Assembly (NCBI GenBank): GCA_040903985.1
Contig: JBBDUI010000002.1
Coordinates: 29,361 to 93,360 of the forward strand
Direction of reading: 5' to 3'
DNA length: 64,000 bases
Source: Candidatus Saccharimonadales bacterium
GTDB taxonomy: Bacteria > Patescibacteriota > Saccharimonadia > QS-5-54-17
Notes under the pieces: generated by a model
Databases searched by the model: none
Seen by the model: the letters and a program-made list of their open reading frames with translations, nothing else
Told to the model about the DNA's origin: nothing
Program-made: the position numbers and the translations under genes
Shown: piece after piece, positions 10,646-20,600 of the stretch
Layout of the letters: every line of letters begins with the position of its first letter
Position numbering within the stretch: position 1 is the stretch's first letter

Positions 10646-11701
10646 TTATCGGTGTGTGAGAGCTTCAGGCCCACCTTTTTCGATGTAGTAGTTAATCAAA
10701 ATCTTCAGACAGGCTCCGGCCGGTATGGCTAGAAGAGCACCGACGAAGCCAGCAATGTAAACCCCGACTAGGGCAGAGAGTAGCACAAAGAGCGGTGTCA
10801 TACTGATAGTGCGAGACTGAATGATCGGCTCAAATACGTTATTCTCGATTTGCTGATAGATGATATAGAAGATACCTAGCATGATAGCCGTCACTATAGA
10901 CTGCGAAAGTGCGACAGCGATGATTATTACCGCGCCTAATGTGTTCCCGATGAGTGGAATAAGTCCGGTCAGCCAGATGACCGCTGCCAGCGATACGGGC
11001 GCCGGCATACCTAGAATGGTTAGCAGGATTAAGGTAGTTGTAGCTGAGATCGAGGTGACGATCAACTGGCCGTTGACGAAGCCGGTTACCGCCTTATACA
11101 TCCGTGCAATTAAAGTGGCCCCACCTGAACGTAATCGTTTCGATAGTTGCCTAGATAGCCCATCGATCCATGTAGGCCCTTCTATAGTCAGATGGAAAGC
11201 TAGGGCCACGGTAAAGACGAGCAGTAAGAGGTTAGAGAGCAGTCGATTAATCAGACCTATAACAGTGCCGGAAGAGGCAGCTAAGCCGGTAGCTACATTG
11301 CTCATCAGTGTTTCGATACTACCCACTAAATCGACGCTATTAAGCCAGCGACTCAAGGTGCCCTCACCCATTTGCAGCTCATCTAGATAGCTCGGCAACT
11401 GCACGGCTAACTCACGACCTTGAGTGCTAATGACCGGCACTATCAGTGCCACAATTAAGCTAACTATCAGACCGATCAGTATGAATACTAGAGTGGTAGC
11501 CAGCCTGCGATTTTCACCCGGCATGTAAGGGCTTAGACGATTCACTGGCCCGTTGACGGCTATGGCGATGAAGCCAGCTACCACGAAGACGCCTAAAGCC
11601 GATCGGATATGGTAGAGCACTAGGGCTGCAGCTACTAGCAATAAAACGACACCTAAACGCCGGATAATACTTTCGGTCGATATGTCGATCGTTACCGTCA
11701 C
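10646..11701 (-). CDS. AI-2E family transporter
   Basis: Hydrophobic; GLIPLIG, YQQIENNVFEP, GALLAIP. Confidence 0.88.
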   Translation of the reverse strand: MTVTIDISTESIIRRLGVVLLLVAAALVLYHIRSALGVFVVAGFIAIAVNGPVNRLSPYMPGENRRLATTLVFILIGLIVSLIVALIVPVISTQGRELAVQLPSYLDELQMGEGTLSRWLNSVDLVGSIETLMSNVATGLAASSGTVIGLINRLLSNLLLLVFTVALAFHLTIEGPTWIDGLSRQLSKRLRSGGATLIARMYKAVTGFVNGQLIVTSISATTTLILLTILGMPAPVSLAAVIWLTGLIPLIGNTLGAVIIIAVALSQSIVTAIMLGIFYIIYQQIENNVFEPIIQSRTISMTPLFVLLSALVGVYIAGFVGALLAIPAGACLKILINYYIEKGGPEALTHR

Positions 11702-11710
11702 GGCATCGAC

Positions 11711-12793
11711 CTAACTGTGGGCCAGATTGTGCTGTTCTAAGTAGTCAATGACGAGAATGCGGATACAGCCAGCGATCGGGATGGCCAGCAGTCCACCTAA
11801 GATACCGGCCAGCGTGATACCGACAACGACCGAGGCCAGAATTAAGAGCGGTGACATACCCAGTGATTTAGACTGAATAGCTGGCTGGATGACGTTATTC
11901 TCAACTTGCTGGTAGGCGACGAAGTAGATAGTTAGAATCAGTGCGACTGTGACTGATTCGAATAGTCCAACTGCGATGACCAGTACCGCACCTAGTGTCG
12001 CACCGATGACCGGGATAATGCCTAAGACCGCCACGATACCGGCCAGCGAGAGGGCAAAGGGCACACCCAAGATAGCCAGTATGATGAAGGTGGCTACACC
12101 GTTGATGGAAGCGATAATGAGCTGACCGTTGACGAAGCTCGTGATGACGTTATACATGCGCTGTACCAGCTTCTTACGGTGCTTGCGATTCCCCTTAGGC
12201 TGTAGCTCCCAGAACTTCTTCACCCATTTCGGCCCTTCGACTAGCATGAAGAAGGTGAGGACTAGTACAGTTAGGGTTGATACCAGGTTAGAGAAGACGC
12301 GTTCTAGCACTGTGATCACCGGTTCACCGGCACCCGATACCCGGTTTAGCACGCTGTCCTGTAGATTGCCCGTTCCTTCGTCTAGATCGTAGTAGTTGAC
12401 CACAGTACCTAAGAATCCATCAGCTTCCTGCAGCTCCTCTATGTAGTCAGGAAAGCTCTCGACAAGTTGTACGGTCTGACGCACGATTGGTGGCATTAGT
12501 GAGGTAGCTAGGATAACGACTAAGGAAATAGCTAGGATATAGACCGCGCCAGTAGCTAAGCCACGACTCTTCCGCGGCATTTTCCGCACCAGAAAGTTTA
12601 CGGCCGGCGAGAGGGCAATAGCTAAGAAGAAAGCGACTAAGATCAGCATTAGAGCGTGACGAGTAGCTAGGACTAGCTGTACGGCCAGCACGAAGCCGAG
12701 GCCGATCGCAAAGACACGGAAGATAGTGCGGTTACTAACGTCGACCTTTAGTTGCATAAGTTCACTCAACTTTTTCATTCCCTCTAGTATCAC
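11711..12793 (-). CDS. AI-2E family transporter (tandem paralog)
   Basis: GIIPVIG, YQQVENNVIQP, GGLLAIP; true start probably ATG 12778 or 12757. Confidence 0.88.
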   Translation of the reverse strand: MILEGMKKLSELMQLKVDVSNRTIFRVFAIGLGFVLAVQLVLATRHALMLILVAFFLAIALSPAVNFLVRKMPRKSRGLATGAVYILAISLVVILATSLMPPIVRQTVQLVESFPDYIEELQEADGFLGTVVNYYDLDEGTGNLQDSVLNRVSGAGEPVITVLERVFSNLVSTLTVLVLTFFMLVEGPKWVKKFWELQPKGNRKHRKKLVQRMYNVITSFVNGQLIIASINGVATFIILAILGVPFALSLAGIVAVLGIIPVIGATLGAVLVIAVGLFESVTVALILTIYFVAYQQVENNVIQPAIQSKSLGMSPLLILASVVVGITLAGILGGLLAIPIAGCIRILVIDYLEQHNLAHS

Positions 12794-13004
12794 TTACCTA
12801 AGGCCGATTGGTCAAGTTTGCGAGACTCTTATACCGGCTAAGTAGCACCAGATCAAGCGTTTTGGTACAATACCCTTGCTCAGTAATTATAGTATTGAGG
12901 CCAAAACAAAACGATACTGTTTTGTTTTGAAAAGGAAAAAGAGCGAAAAGTTGAAGTTTATTGCGTTATCGTAATAAACGAAAACTGACAGCATCTTTTG
13001 ACGT

Positions 13005-13156
13005 TGGGGAGTGGCCAAAAAGGTAGTGGCACCAGTTTTTGGTACTGGCATGAGGGGCGAGAGCTGCCAGTGGCAGTTCGAGAGCCGGAGCCACGACGGT
13101 GGCGAGGCGGGCCCGACTGAATTTCCAGCAGGAAATTACAGGTGGGTCGAATCCCT
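13005..13156 (+). pseudogene. Degenerate tRNA-Gln copy with structured insertion in the T-loop region, no 3' acceptor strand
   Basis: TGGGGAGTGGCCAA..GGTA..GGCACCAGTTTTTGGTACTGGCAT matches the 5' part of the tRNA at 13215; then hairpins, CGAATCCCT and unrelated sequence. Confidence 0.7.
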
Positions 13157-13214
13157 GCATAATTAACAATTCGAACCCCCCCCCGCTATCTCGGGGTATA
13201 ATAGAGGTACATAA

Positions 13215-13289
13215 TGGGGAGTGGCCAAGTGGTAAGGCACCAGTTTTTGGTACTGGCATTCGGGGGTTCGAATCCCTCCTCCCCAGCCA
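13215..13289 (+). tRNA. tRNA-Gln(TTG)
   Basis: Acceptor TGGGGAG/CTCCCCA, anticodon arm CCAGT-TTTTGGT-ACTGG, T arm GGGGG-TTCGAAT-CCCTC, encoded CCA; TATAAT just upstream. Confidence 0.97.
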
Positions 13290-13343
13290 AGCTTTTAGGT
13301 ATACCTTCTGCTATGGCTAAAAGCTTTGTTAGAGAAGGGGTAT

Positions 13344-13462
13344 GGATTCGAACCCGAGAGGACATAAACTGCCTGTGGCAGTTTATGGTTACCTTGCTTG
13401 GCCGAGCGAGAAACGCATTTCGAGCGAGCATAATAAACACACGAATCCCTCCTCCCCAGCCA
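13344..13462 (+). repeat. tRNA-associated structured repeat ending in a duplicated tRNA 3' end
   Basis: GGATTCGAACCC (reverse complement of T arm), hairpin CATAAACTGCC-TGT-GGCAGTTTATG, then CGAATCCCTCCTCCCCAGCCA identical to the tRNA 3' 21 nt. Confidence 0.8.
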
Positions 13463-13520
13463 TTACGCCTATGCTTATAAATTTATATCTGGTGACCTCC
13501 AAATTTGTTATAGTTAGCAT

Positions 13521-13916
13521 ATGATCCACATAAACTATAAACTACAAGAATCTAAGCTACACGGTGTAGGATTATTCGCAGCTCAAGACATCAAGAAAGG
13601 TGCGCTAGTGTATACTGCCAGCCCTCTTCTCGATCTAGATCTAACTCAAAAAGAATTTGACCAATTAAACAAAAAAGAAAGGGAGGAAGTATTGTGGTGG
13701 GGGTTTTTTGATGTACCTAGCCAAAAATGGCACGTGGACTTTGATGTATCAAAATTTATAAATCACTCATTTGATGCGAGCTTAACACAGGACGAAAACC
13801 ACGACGAAGCATACCTTGTAGCTACTCGTGATATCGGGGCTGGCGAAGAGCTTACGCAAAATTATTTAGAATTTGAGTCGAAAGATGAATTGAAAAGGCG
13901 CGGAATAGAAACCTAA
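13521..13916 (+). CDS. SET domain protein
   Basis: SKLHGVGLFA, KFINHS, ATRDIGAGEELTQNY. Confidence 0.9.
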   Translation: MIHINYKLQESKLHGVGLFAAQDIKKGALVYTASPLLDLDLTQKEFDQLNKKEREEVLWWGFFDVPSQKWHVDFDVSKFINHSFDASLTQDENHDEAYLVATRDIGAGEELTQNYLEFESKDELKRRGIET

Positions 13917-13928
13917 TGTACTTTTGGG

Positions 13929-13960
13929 AAGTTGCGAAGTTCATCCACTAAGGGCAGCCA
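13929..13960 (+). repeat. 32-bp intergenic repeat copy 1
   Basis: AAGTTGCGAAGTTCATCCACTAAGGGCAGCCA. Confidence 0.9.
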
Positions 13961-13996
13961 TATTTGAGTTTAATTACATTCTGTTATTATATACAT

Positions 13997-14224
13997 ATGA
14001 GTGAAAATGAACCAGCGCGCCAAGAACCACCCCTTACTCGAGAACGTCTATTAGTTGATATGATAATGTTTGATGCTGACTGTGGTGATGGTGATTACAG
14101 GACTCGTATTCCAGCAGATGGTAGTAGCCATCCTCCAGAAGTGGTGTCTGGTGAAGTTATTTATGACTTACGACCAGAGAATGAAGGTCCAGTAGTCAAA
14201 TTCATAGAAGAGTCTACTAAATAA
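13997..14224 (+). CDS. Hypothetical protein
   Basis: 75-aa ORF from ATG 13997, lying between repeat copies 1 and 2. Confidence 0.5.
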   Translation: MSENEPARQEPPLTRERLLVDMIMFDADCGDGDYRTRIPADGSSHPPEVVSGEVIYDLRPENEGPVVKFIEESTK

Positions 14225-14246
14225 TAGGCAACCCGTAACCTACTTT

Positions 14247-14274
14247 TTAGTTATATTGATTCCAATATAACTAA
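14247..14274 (+). terminator. Perfect 12-bp AT-rich hairpin
   Basis: TTAGTTATATTG-ATTC-CAATATAACTAA. Confidence 0.55.
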
Positions 14275-14279
14275 ATGAT

Positions 14280-14311
14280 AAGTTGCGAAGTTCATCCACT
14301 AAGGGCAGTCA
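14280..14311 (+). repeat. 32-bp intergenic repeat copy 2
   Basis: AAGTTGCGAAGTTCATCCACTAAGGGCAGTCA, 31/32 identical to copy 1. Confidence 0.9.
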
Positions 14312-14371
14312 AGCATAAGCACCACGATAGACTTATCCGGAAAACCCTTTGTGTTTGGTATGATCAGATGC

Positions 14372-14767
14372 ATGGGGAATAGAGCCGCACCGAGTTTAAT
14401 TGAAGTACGTGAAGCAATTGAAGCTTCATGGAGCGCCGATACGGCCTACGGAGCGGTGTTCACGGAAGGAAACCCAGCACTTGGGAATTGTTATCCTACT
14501 TCGCGGGTTGTGCAGCATTTCTTCCCAAATACCGAACTCACTGAGGGCATAATCTTAACTAGTGCAGGTCAGGAAAAGCATTTTTGGAACATGCTCGTTG
14601 CTGATGGCACTGAATACCATATTGACCTTACGTGGCAACAGTTCCCACCGGGTTCAGTAGTTATGGATTATGAAATTCGATATCTTCACAAGCTTAATGA
14701 CGGCGAAGATGCAATTAGACGTGTGGAATTACTGTTAAGCCGCGTTAAACAGTTTATTCAGATATAA
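14372..14767 (+). CDS. YunG-like protein
   Basis: WSADT, GNCYPTS, HFWN, IDLTWQQF pattern. Confidence 0.6.
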   Translation: MGNRAAPSLIEVREAIEASWSADTAYGAVFTEGNPALGNCYPTSRVVQHFFPNTELTEGIILTSAGQEKHFWNMLVADGTEYHIDLTWQQFPPGSVVMDYEIRYLHKLNDGEDAIRRVELLLSRVKQFIQI

Positions 14768-14772
14768 CCGGA

Positions 14773-14804
14773 AAGTTGCATACTAACTCAGCTGGGGGTA
14801 GTCA
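14773..14804 (+). repeat. Degenerate copy 3 of 32-bp repeat
   Basis: AAGTTGCATACTAACTCAGCTGGGGGTAGTCA, 21/32 to copy 2, same length, just after a stop codon. Confidence 0.55.
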
Positions 14805-14840
14805 TTGATATATGCTCCACACCCATATTCCTCTCATTCT

Positions 14841-15320
14841 CTAAGCCAGCAAGCTCAAAGCAAGTTTATGCAAATCAGGAAATCTGAGGCTACTATGTTG
14901 CAGGAGGTCTGCTTGATCTATCCAGAAAGCATTTGAGCATTCTACGTTTGGCTTAAAGAAACCAACTGGATCGTAATCACCCTTACATTTAATATGCGCA
15001 ATACTTACTCTATAGCCATCTTCACTGTGAACGCCATCACTGTGATAGCCGGCTACATCAAATATGTGCAGGGTCACATCCCTTGCATCTGTAGAGAAAA
15101 CTGGACTAATTTCTTCCTCTAGACACCGTGATATCCCATCTGCCACACCTTCGTCGGTATGAAGAGTCTCTGTTGGTATGGTGATTTCTTCGCCTCGCTG
15201 AAGTGCTAAGATCTTCCCGTCAGAATTAGTTATGATGATAGCTACCCCATCATTTGGGGCAGTTTCGTACTGCTCGATAGCAGTATCTAGAAGTTCGTCG
15301 ATAGGATTACACTCATACAT
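14841..15320 (-). CDS. NUDIX-fold protein (degenerate Nudix box)
   Basis: GVAIIITNSDGKILALQR; EGVADGISRCLEEEI. Confidence 0.55.
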   Translation of the reverse strand: MYECNPIDELLDTAIEQYETAPNDGVAIIITNSDGKILALQRGEEITIPTETLHTDEGVADGISRCLEEEISPVFSTDARDVTLHIFDVAGYHSDGVHSEDGYRVSIAHIKCKGDYDPVGFFKPNVECSNAFWIDQADLLQHSSLRFPDLHKLALSLLA

Positions 15321-15517
15321 TGAAGTTATTAAACAATAAATACTAAAGATATGCAACTACTACGTCGGGTAAGGCGCAGCAACTACATAGTGTATCCCCT
15401 CAGGAGGTGTAGACTTGGGTGAACTTGCTTAAGTATCTTGGATGATCCTTCAACCAGTAGCCTTCACTATAAGTATGAAATAATGTAAAATTTATTGTAT
15501 TAAAGAGAGGTACAGCG

Positions 15518-16036
15518 ATGGCGGAGAAGATGCTACCTATTATGACCCGCAATAATCCGGAAGTTATGGCCGGAATACTGAGAAGAGTACCGCACGCACT
15601 AACAGAAGAAGCACCGAGAGACCTAAATGAATCTGACGGAGAGAGTCTCGATAGACAGCGAAAAGTAGCGGCGACAGGTAAGCTAATAGCAGACTTACTA
15701 AAAAGCCTTGACGTCGAGCCTGAGTCTAGATCTATGCCCACAGGAGACGCGTCTACTCGGTCTGCCGATATCGAAGGATGGACAGTACTAGACCCGGAGG
15801 ATATCGCTGTAGCCAATGGGGTGTTCTTAGCTACAAATGGTGCGATCAAGAGGTTGTGGCATACAAGGTATGGGTCCATGAGTAGTACGTTTATGCATGA
15901 ATGTTGGGAAGGCTCCTCTGAAGCTATGTGGGTGCTAGAAAGTCAGCAGTTCCAGCATGGGATCGCTAAGCTGATTGCACATGCCCAACAGGGTACTGAA
16001 GTCGCTGCGATAACTGATGCAGAAAGCCTGTCATAG
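15518..16036 (+). CDS. Hypothetical protein
   Basis: 172-aa ORF with GAGAGG RBS. Confidence 0.55.
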   Translation: MAEKMLPIMTRNNPEVMAGILRRVPHALTEEAPRDLNESDGESLDRQRKVAATGKLIADLLKSLDVEPESRSMPTGDASTRSADIEGWTVLDPEDIAVANGVFLATNGAIKRLWHTRYGSMSSTFMHECWEGSSEAMWVLESQQFQHGIAKLIAHAQQGTEVAAITDAESLS

Positions 16037-16417
16037 ATTTGGTTTCTGCATAAAGTGCCTTGTTCTTAAGACGGAATTTAACGAGTCTTAAGCGACTAAT
16101 ATCTTCTTGGAACACGTCCACTAGCCCTGAAATACATTAGTTAAGAATAAAACTACATAGCAGATATAATGTAGCTTAGCTGGTACTGATATAATGTGCG
16201 TATGGGTTTTATAGACATAATCATTGAATACTTCACCTCAGATAAAAGAAGTAAGAGGCTCATACTTCTAGCTTGTTTATTGGCGTTCGTGTTCATAACA
16301 TTATTTATAATTTTATAGTATGGTTCGAACCTGGTCCTTACCGATATAGTCAAGCCCAGTAGGGTATAAACTGCCTATGCTTGTGAATACTCATGGTAAT
16401 CGCTTAGAATTAACTAC

Positions 16418-16771
16418 ATGATTGGCAAGCCATACGCAGTAGAGTTAAAGACGCTTGATGATTCTAGTTGCGATGTCGTATTTGAGATTAGACCTCCAGT
16501 TGAGTTCATCAGTGAAGAGGCGAGAAAGGCATTTGGTCGGACTGTCCTAATGCTCATAAACCGAAGGGCTGATACGAGAGATCAAGTACTTGACGATGGA
16601 ATGGTTGAGATTACCCACGATAAGCCGAATGGTGAGTCGACGATGGGTTATGCCAAAATTAAAACTTTGCGTTATGGATCAGGAAAAGAGATATTTACCC
16701 AGGCTTTGCTCCTAGCACTGAATGGCGACGCTCCGGACCTCTACGCTGATGGTGCTGTGCCCTGGGAGTAG
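16418..16771 (+). CDS. Hypothetical protein
   Basis: 117-aa ORF. Confidence 0.5.
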   Translation: MIGKPYAVELKTLDDSSCDVVFEIRPPVEFISEEARKAFGRTVLMLINRRADTRDQVLDDGMVEITHDKPNGESTMGYAKIKTLRYGSGKEIFTQALLLALNGDAPDLYADGAVPWE

Positions 16772-16980
16772 GTACTGTTAGCCTATTCGTTCAGCTAGAG
16801 ACTGTATCGAAGCAACCGGCTCGTTAAACACTAAATAGTTGTTACTAGTGCCCATCATTTATAGAGGAAAGTTAAGCTTTAAACCCCTTATACTTTAAGG
16901 TAAAATATTCATAAGCACAGAATGTGTAGAACTGTATCAGTTGTTGAGAAAATAAATAGGAATTTTTCAGTAGGAGTATC

Positions 16981-17682
16981 TTGGGCTTAACAATAGTCGA
17001 CAAAAATAATTTTTATGTCTCCGGAACCTCTATCGCTGTCTCCTGGTCGGCTAATACTCAGGTTGGAGATATGATCTTGCTGATTGGGGTAATCAATAGT
17101 TCCGCTTCTTTTGATGTGAACGGATGGAATTTTACTTATGGCAGGGGAAGTTCAAGAACGGCAGTAATCTTAAGGAAGTTTGCTACTTCTTCTGGCACCA
17201 ATGATTACACCTGGTCAGGATGGAATTCTTCACAAGTAAGAGTAACTACAGTAACCTTGCGCAGTACAGATGAGTACAATATAACCCGAAACTACTCTGG
17301 TGAAGATATCAGCTCTGCAAACCTGGCGGGAGAGTGGGGGAATAGTGGAGTGGCATTTATTGCTGCAGCCGATACAACAGGCTTAACCCACACAACTCCT
17401 AGTCCTAGCTACTTTGGATTTGCCTCCCCTGAGATTACTGGATACTCAGGGCCGCATACCGACCCTACTGACGGATACAGTGTAAGTTTTAACAGTAGCA
17501 ACAATGCCATTGCGTCAATTGTCGTGCAATCTAGCAATAACACCACGCCGAGTCTTCCTGTACTCACTAACCCTGAGACCGCTCGCTATCAAGGTGCTTT
17601 TAATCTTGGCTGGACTTTTAATGATGCAGACGAGGATGATTCACAGTCTTCTTATTACCTAAGAATCAAGAGAAGACCGTAG
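16981..17682 (+). CDS. Phage minor-tail-like beta protein ending in the first half of an Fn3-like module
   Basis: AGGAG RBS, TTG start; S/T/G/N-rich; ends GWTFNDADEDDSQSSYYLRIKRRP; stop overlaps next start. Confidence 0.7.
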   Translation: MGLTIVDKNNFYVSGTSIAVSWSANTQVGDMILLIGVINSSASFDVNGWNFTYGRGSSRTAVILRKFATSSGTNDYTWSGWNSSQVRVTTVTLRSTDEYNITRNYSGEDISSANLAGEWGNSGVAFIAAADTTGLTHTTPSPSYFGFASPEITGYSGPHTDPTDGYSVSFNSSNNAIASIVVQSSNNTTPSLPVLTNPETARYQGAFNLGWTFNDADEDDSQSSYYLRIKRRP

Positions 17683-20600
17683 TGGCTGAATATTATGTAG
17701 GGTCGTTTACCAAGCAGAATATGACTGGCAATCAGGCTTTTACCGGTATTGGATTTACTCCAAAAGCGATTATTTTCTGGAGCGCAGGTGAAGCACCAAC
17801 AGCAAATGGAACATGGGGCGATCATTTATACCATACAGTAGGATTTACCTCCGGCCCGACTGAGTCTTATTCAGTATCGGGTGCATCACAGGATGCAGTT
17901 GGTACTTCGAATTCTTCTAGATCAATAGCTGCAAAGTGCATACATCGGTCTAGTGTGAGTAGCGGGACTCGTGATGAAGCGGATCTGTCTTCTTTTGATG
18001 CTGATGGCTTCACGGTTAACTGGACTACCAGTTCTGGAGCTACTTCTCCAGAAATAATGTTCCTTGCTATTGGTGGGGATGATGTCTTGGCTAGAGCAGT
18101 AAACTGGACTTCACCGACATCTACGGGTAGTAAGCCGGTGACCGGGGTAGGATTCACTTCGGATCTCGTCCTACACACCCATTCGGGTTCAGCAGGCGCA
18201 CTACCCATCTCTTCACCATTAATGTACGGAAATATTGGTGCAATGGACTCATCAGGGAACGAATGGGTTAACAGTATCTATACCCAAGACGCCCAAACCA
18301 CTTCTAATACTGCGCGATACCAGCGCACAGATAAGTGTCTCGCATTTTCTGATAGTACGGGTGTCAATGAAGAAGCGAACTATGCCAGTATGGACGCCGA
18401 TGGCTTCACACTCAACTTTACATCTGCACTATCTTCCGCGTATCAGTGTATCTCCTTATGTCTGTCGGGTATCTCTGCTAGATCAGGTTCTTTTACACCT
18501 AATTCATCAACCTATTCGGTCTCAGGAGTAGGCTTCCGTCCTGAGGCTATGCTCTTTTCGATGACATATCAGCAGCCTAGCACGCCTCAGCCCAATGCGG
18601 CTTGGTCGCTTGGTGCAAGTGATGGTACTAATCATAGGGCCGTAGGTGTCGACGATGAAGATGCGCTTAGCACCACCTCGGCAGGCTCGATTTGGAGCAA
18701 CTCAGTGGTTGCTTACAATAGTGAAACTGCAAGTTATAGGTTTGATAGGAAGAATACTGTAGCACTTGACTCTTTTGACTCAGATGGCTTTACAACTAGT
18801 AAAGTTGGTGGAGCACAAAGTGAAACCTTATTTCTTGCTCTTGGCACACCAAACGATCCACCAAGCACAACGGCTTTGGCTCCGATAGACAGGACAGCAG
18901 TTAATCTAACCGAGGGTGTAGACTTTGAATGGAGCTACTCCGACCCAGAGAGTGGCGCACAAAGTGCATGGGCACTTAAGCGCCAGAAAGATAATGGGGA
19001 TGGCACCACCGATAGTGAAGAGTGGTGGCGGAATGAGGCATTAGATAATTGGAATAACCCGACACTAAACCCACCAGCTACTATGGGAGCATCTCCGGCT
19101 TCAACTGCTACAGCCTATTCGAATCAGCGTAAAATTGATCGAACTCAAAACGGTGTACTGTGGGCTATGTACTACAACTCAAGCAATGGTGCTATTTATG
19201 ATAAATACTCCACTGATAATGGTCAGACATGGACTACTGGTGTCCTACCATTTTTGTCGGGCGGAACCATAAGCTACACAGGTAACTTCTCGTTTTTTAT
19301 TGATATCGATGATTACTGCCATATTGTTTATAAAAATCCTTTCGACGGTTTTATCTACTACAAGAGAGGAATACCCGACGATGCTTCTCGCACTGCGTAC
19401 ACTTGGAGTAGTGCATTTGCAGTTCAGAACACTGATATATATTCAGACTACCCAGATATAATTGCTTTTCGCACCCCGGGATCAAGTCCTATAACTTGGG
19501 AAGTATGCATAGTAGCCTCTTGGACGAATGGTACGCTATTCGCTCAATACGAAAGACTGCATATAGCCAGTGACGGGTCTATAACTGGCGGCAATAATGA
19601 TGGTCTTTCACAAAACCAAGGTATGGCCATGCTGAGCAGCGCTACTTACAGCACTAGTACACATGCATACCCGTCTATAGATTTTAATCATACTGGTGAT
19701 GGTAAGACTGTAGCCGATAATACGCCACACTTGTACTCTACATGGTCGACCGGTGCTACAGGTTCAGGTAGAGGTATTAGGTTTAAGAAGGCGACTCATT
19801 CAGGTGGATCGTGGTTATGGGGCACAGAACGGGAGATCTCCTCAACTCACTATGTTGCTGCTCATAATTACTGTAACTGTATTTTTGATGGTACAAGAGT
19901 TATCATTGGGGGCAATCTTAACGATGGCGGATATTACAGTGTGGTTTTTTGGGAGCGGGACGCTGCAGATACTGTTACAACAGGCCCGATTTATGTGTTA
20001 GATAATGGAACTTCCGGGAATGACACATCAAGCTTTGCGGCACGAGGGTCAGTTACATATGATGCTGACGGTAACCTATACTTCATCGGTCTTGGGGCAG
20101 GCTCGCCCTGGAGGGTATGTCTCCAGAAGTGGGATCGGGCCACCGAGTCTGTAGAAGATCCTGTAGTTATTGATGAGTTAAATATAAACTCCTACGGTAG
20201 TGATGTCTCTCTCAAGCGCGGCTACTCTAACAACCGTATAGAATTTATCTATACTGACGGTACCAGTTCACCATACGACGTAACGTATGGCAGCATCGAG
20301 CAGCAGACTCTCCCCATTGGCTGGATAGATAGCGAAGTCTGGAACGATGGAGATGATACTTCAGTTAGTATCTCCAACTGGAGTAACGATGATGATACCT
20401 ATACTTGGAGTGTAGCCACCAAAGATGATGTTGGTAGTGCCAGTTCCTATACCACCGCCAGGACCCTTAACCCCTTCCAGTGGTGGGATGCTTCTACTTC
20501 TTCCTGGGTATATATCGAAACAGAAAACATATCCTCAGACACCGAGGTAGCTGTAGCTAACCTTTCTGCTGGTAGCTATAAGTGGAGTGTAGCTACAGAG

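Noticed and set aside
12966-13524. Short ORFs over the tRNA region
   Set aside because: Shadow translations of the tRNA and repeats.
13929-14804. 32-bp repeats as a CRISPR array
   Set aside because: Spacers are 319 and 461 bp and contain genes; no cas genes are present.
16322-16352. GGTTCGAACC T-loop-like sequence ending near AGTCA
   Set aside because: No cloverleaf, and too weak to count as another cassette repeat.
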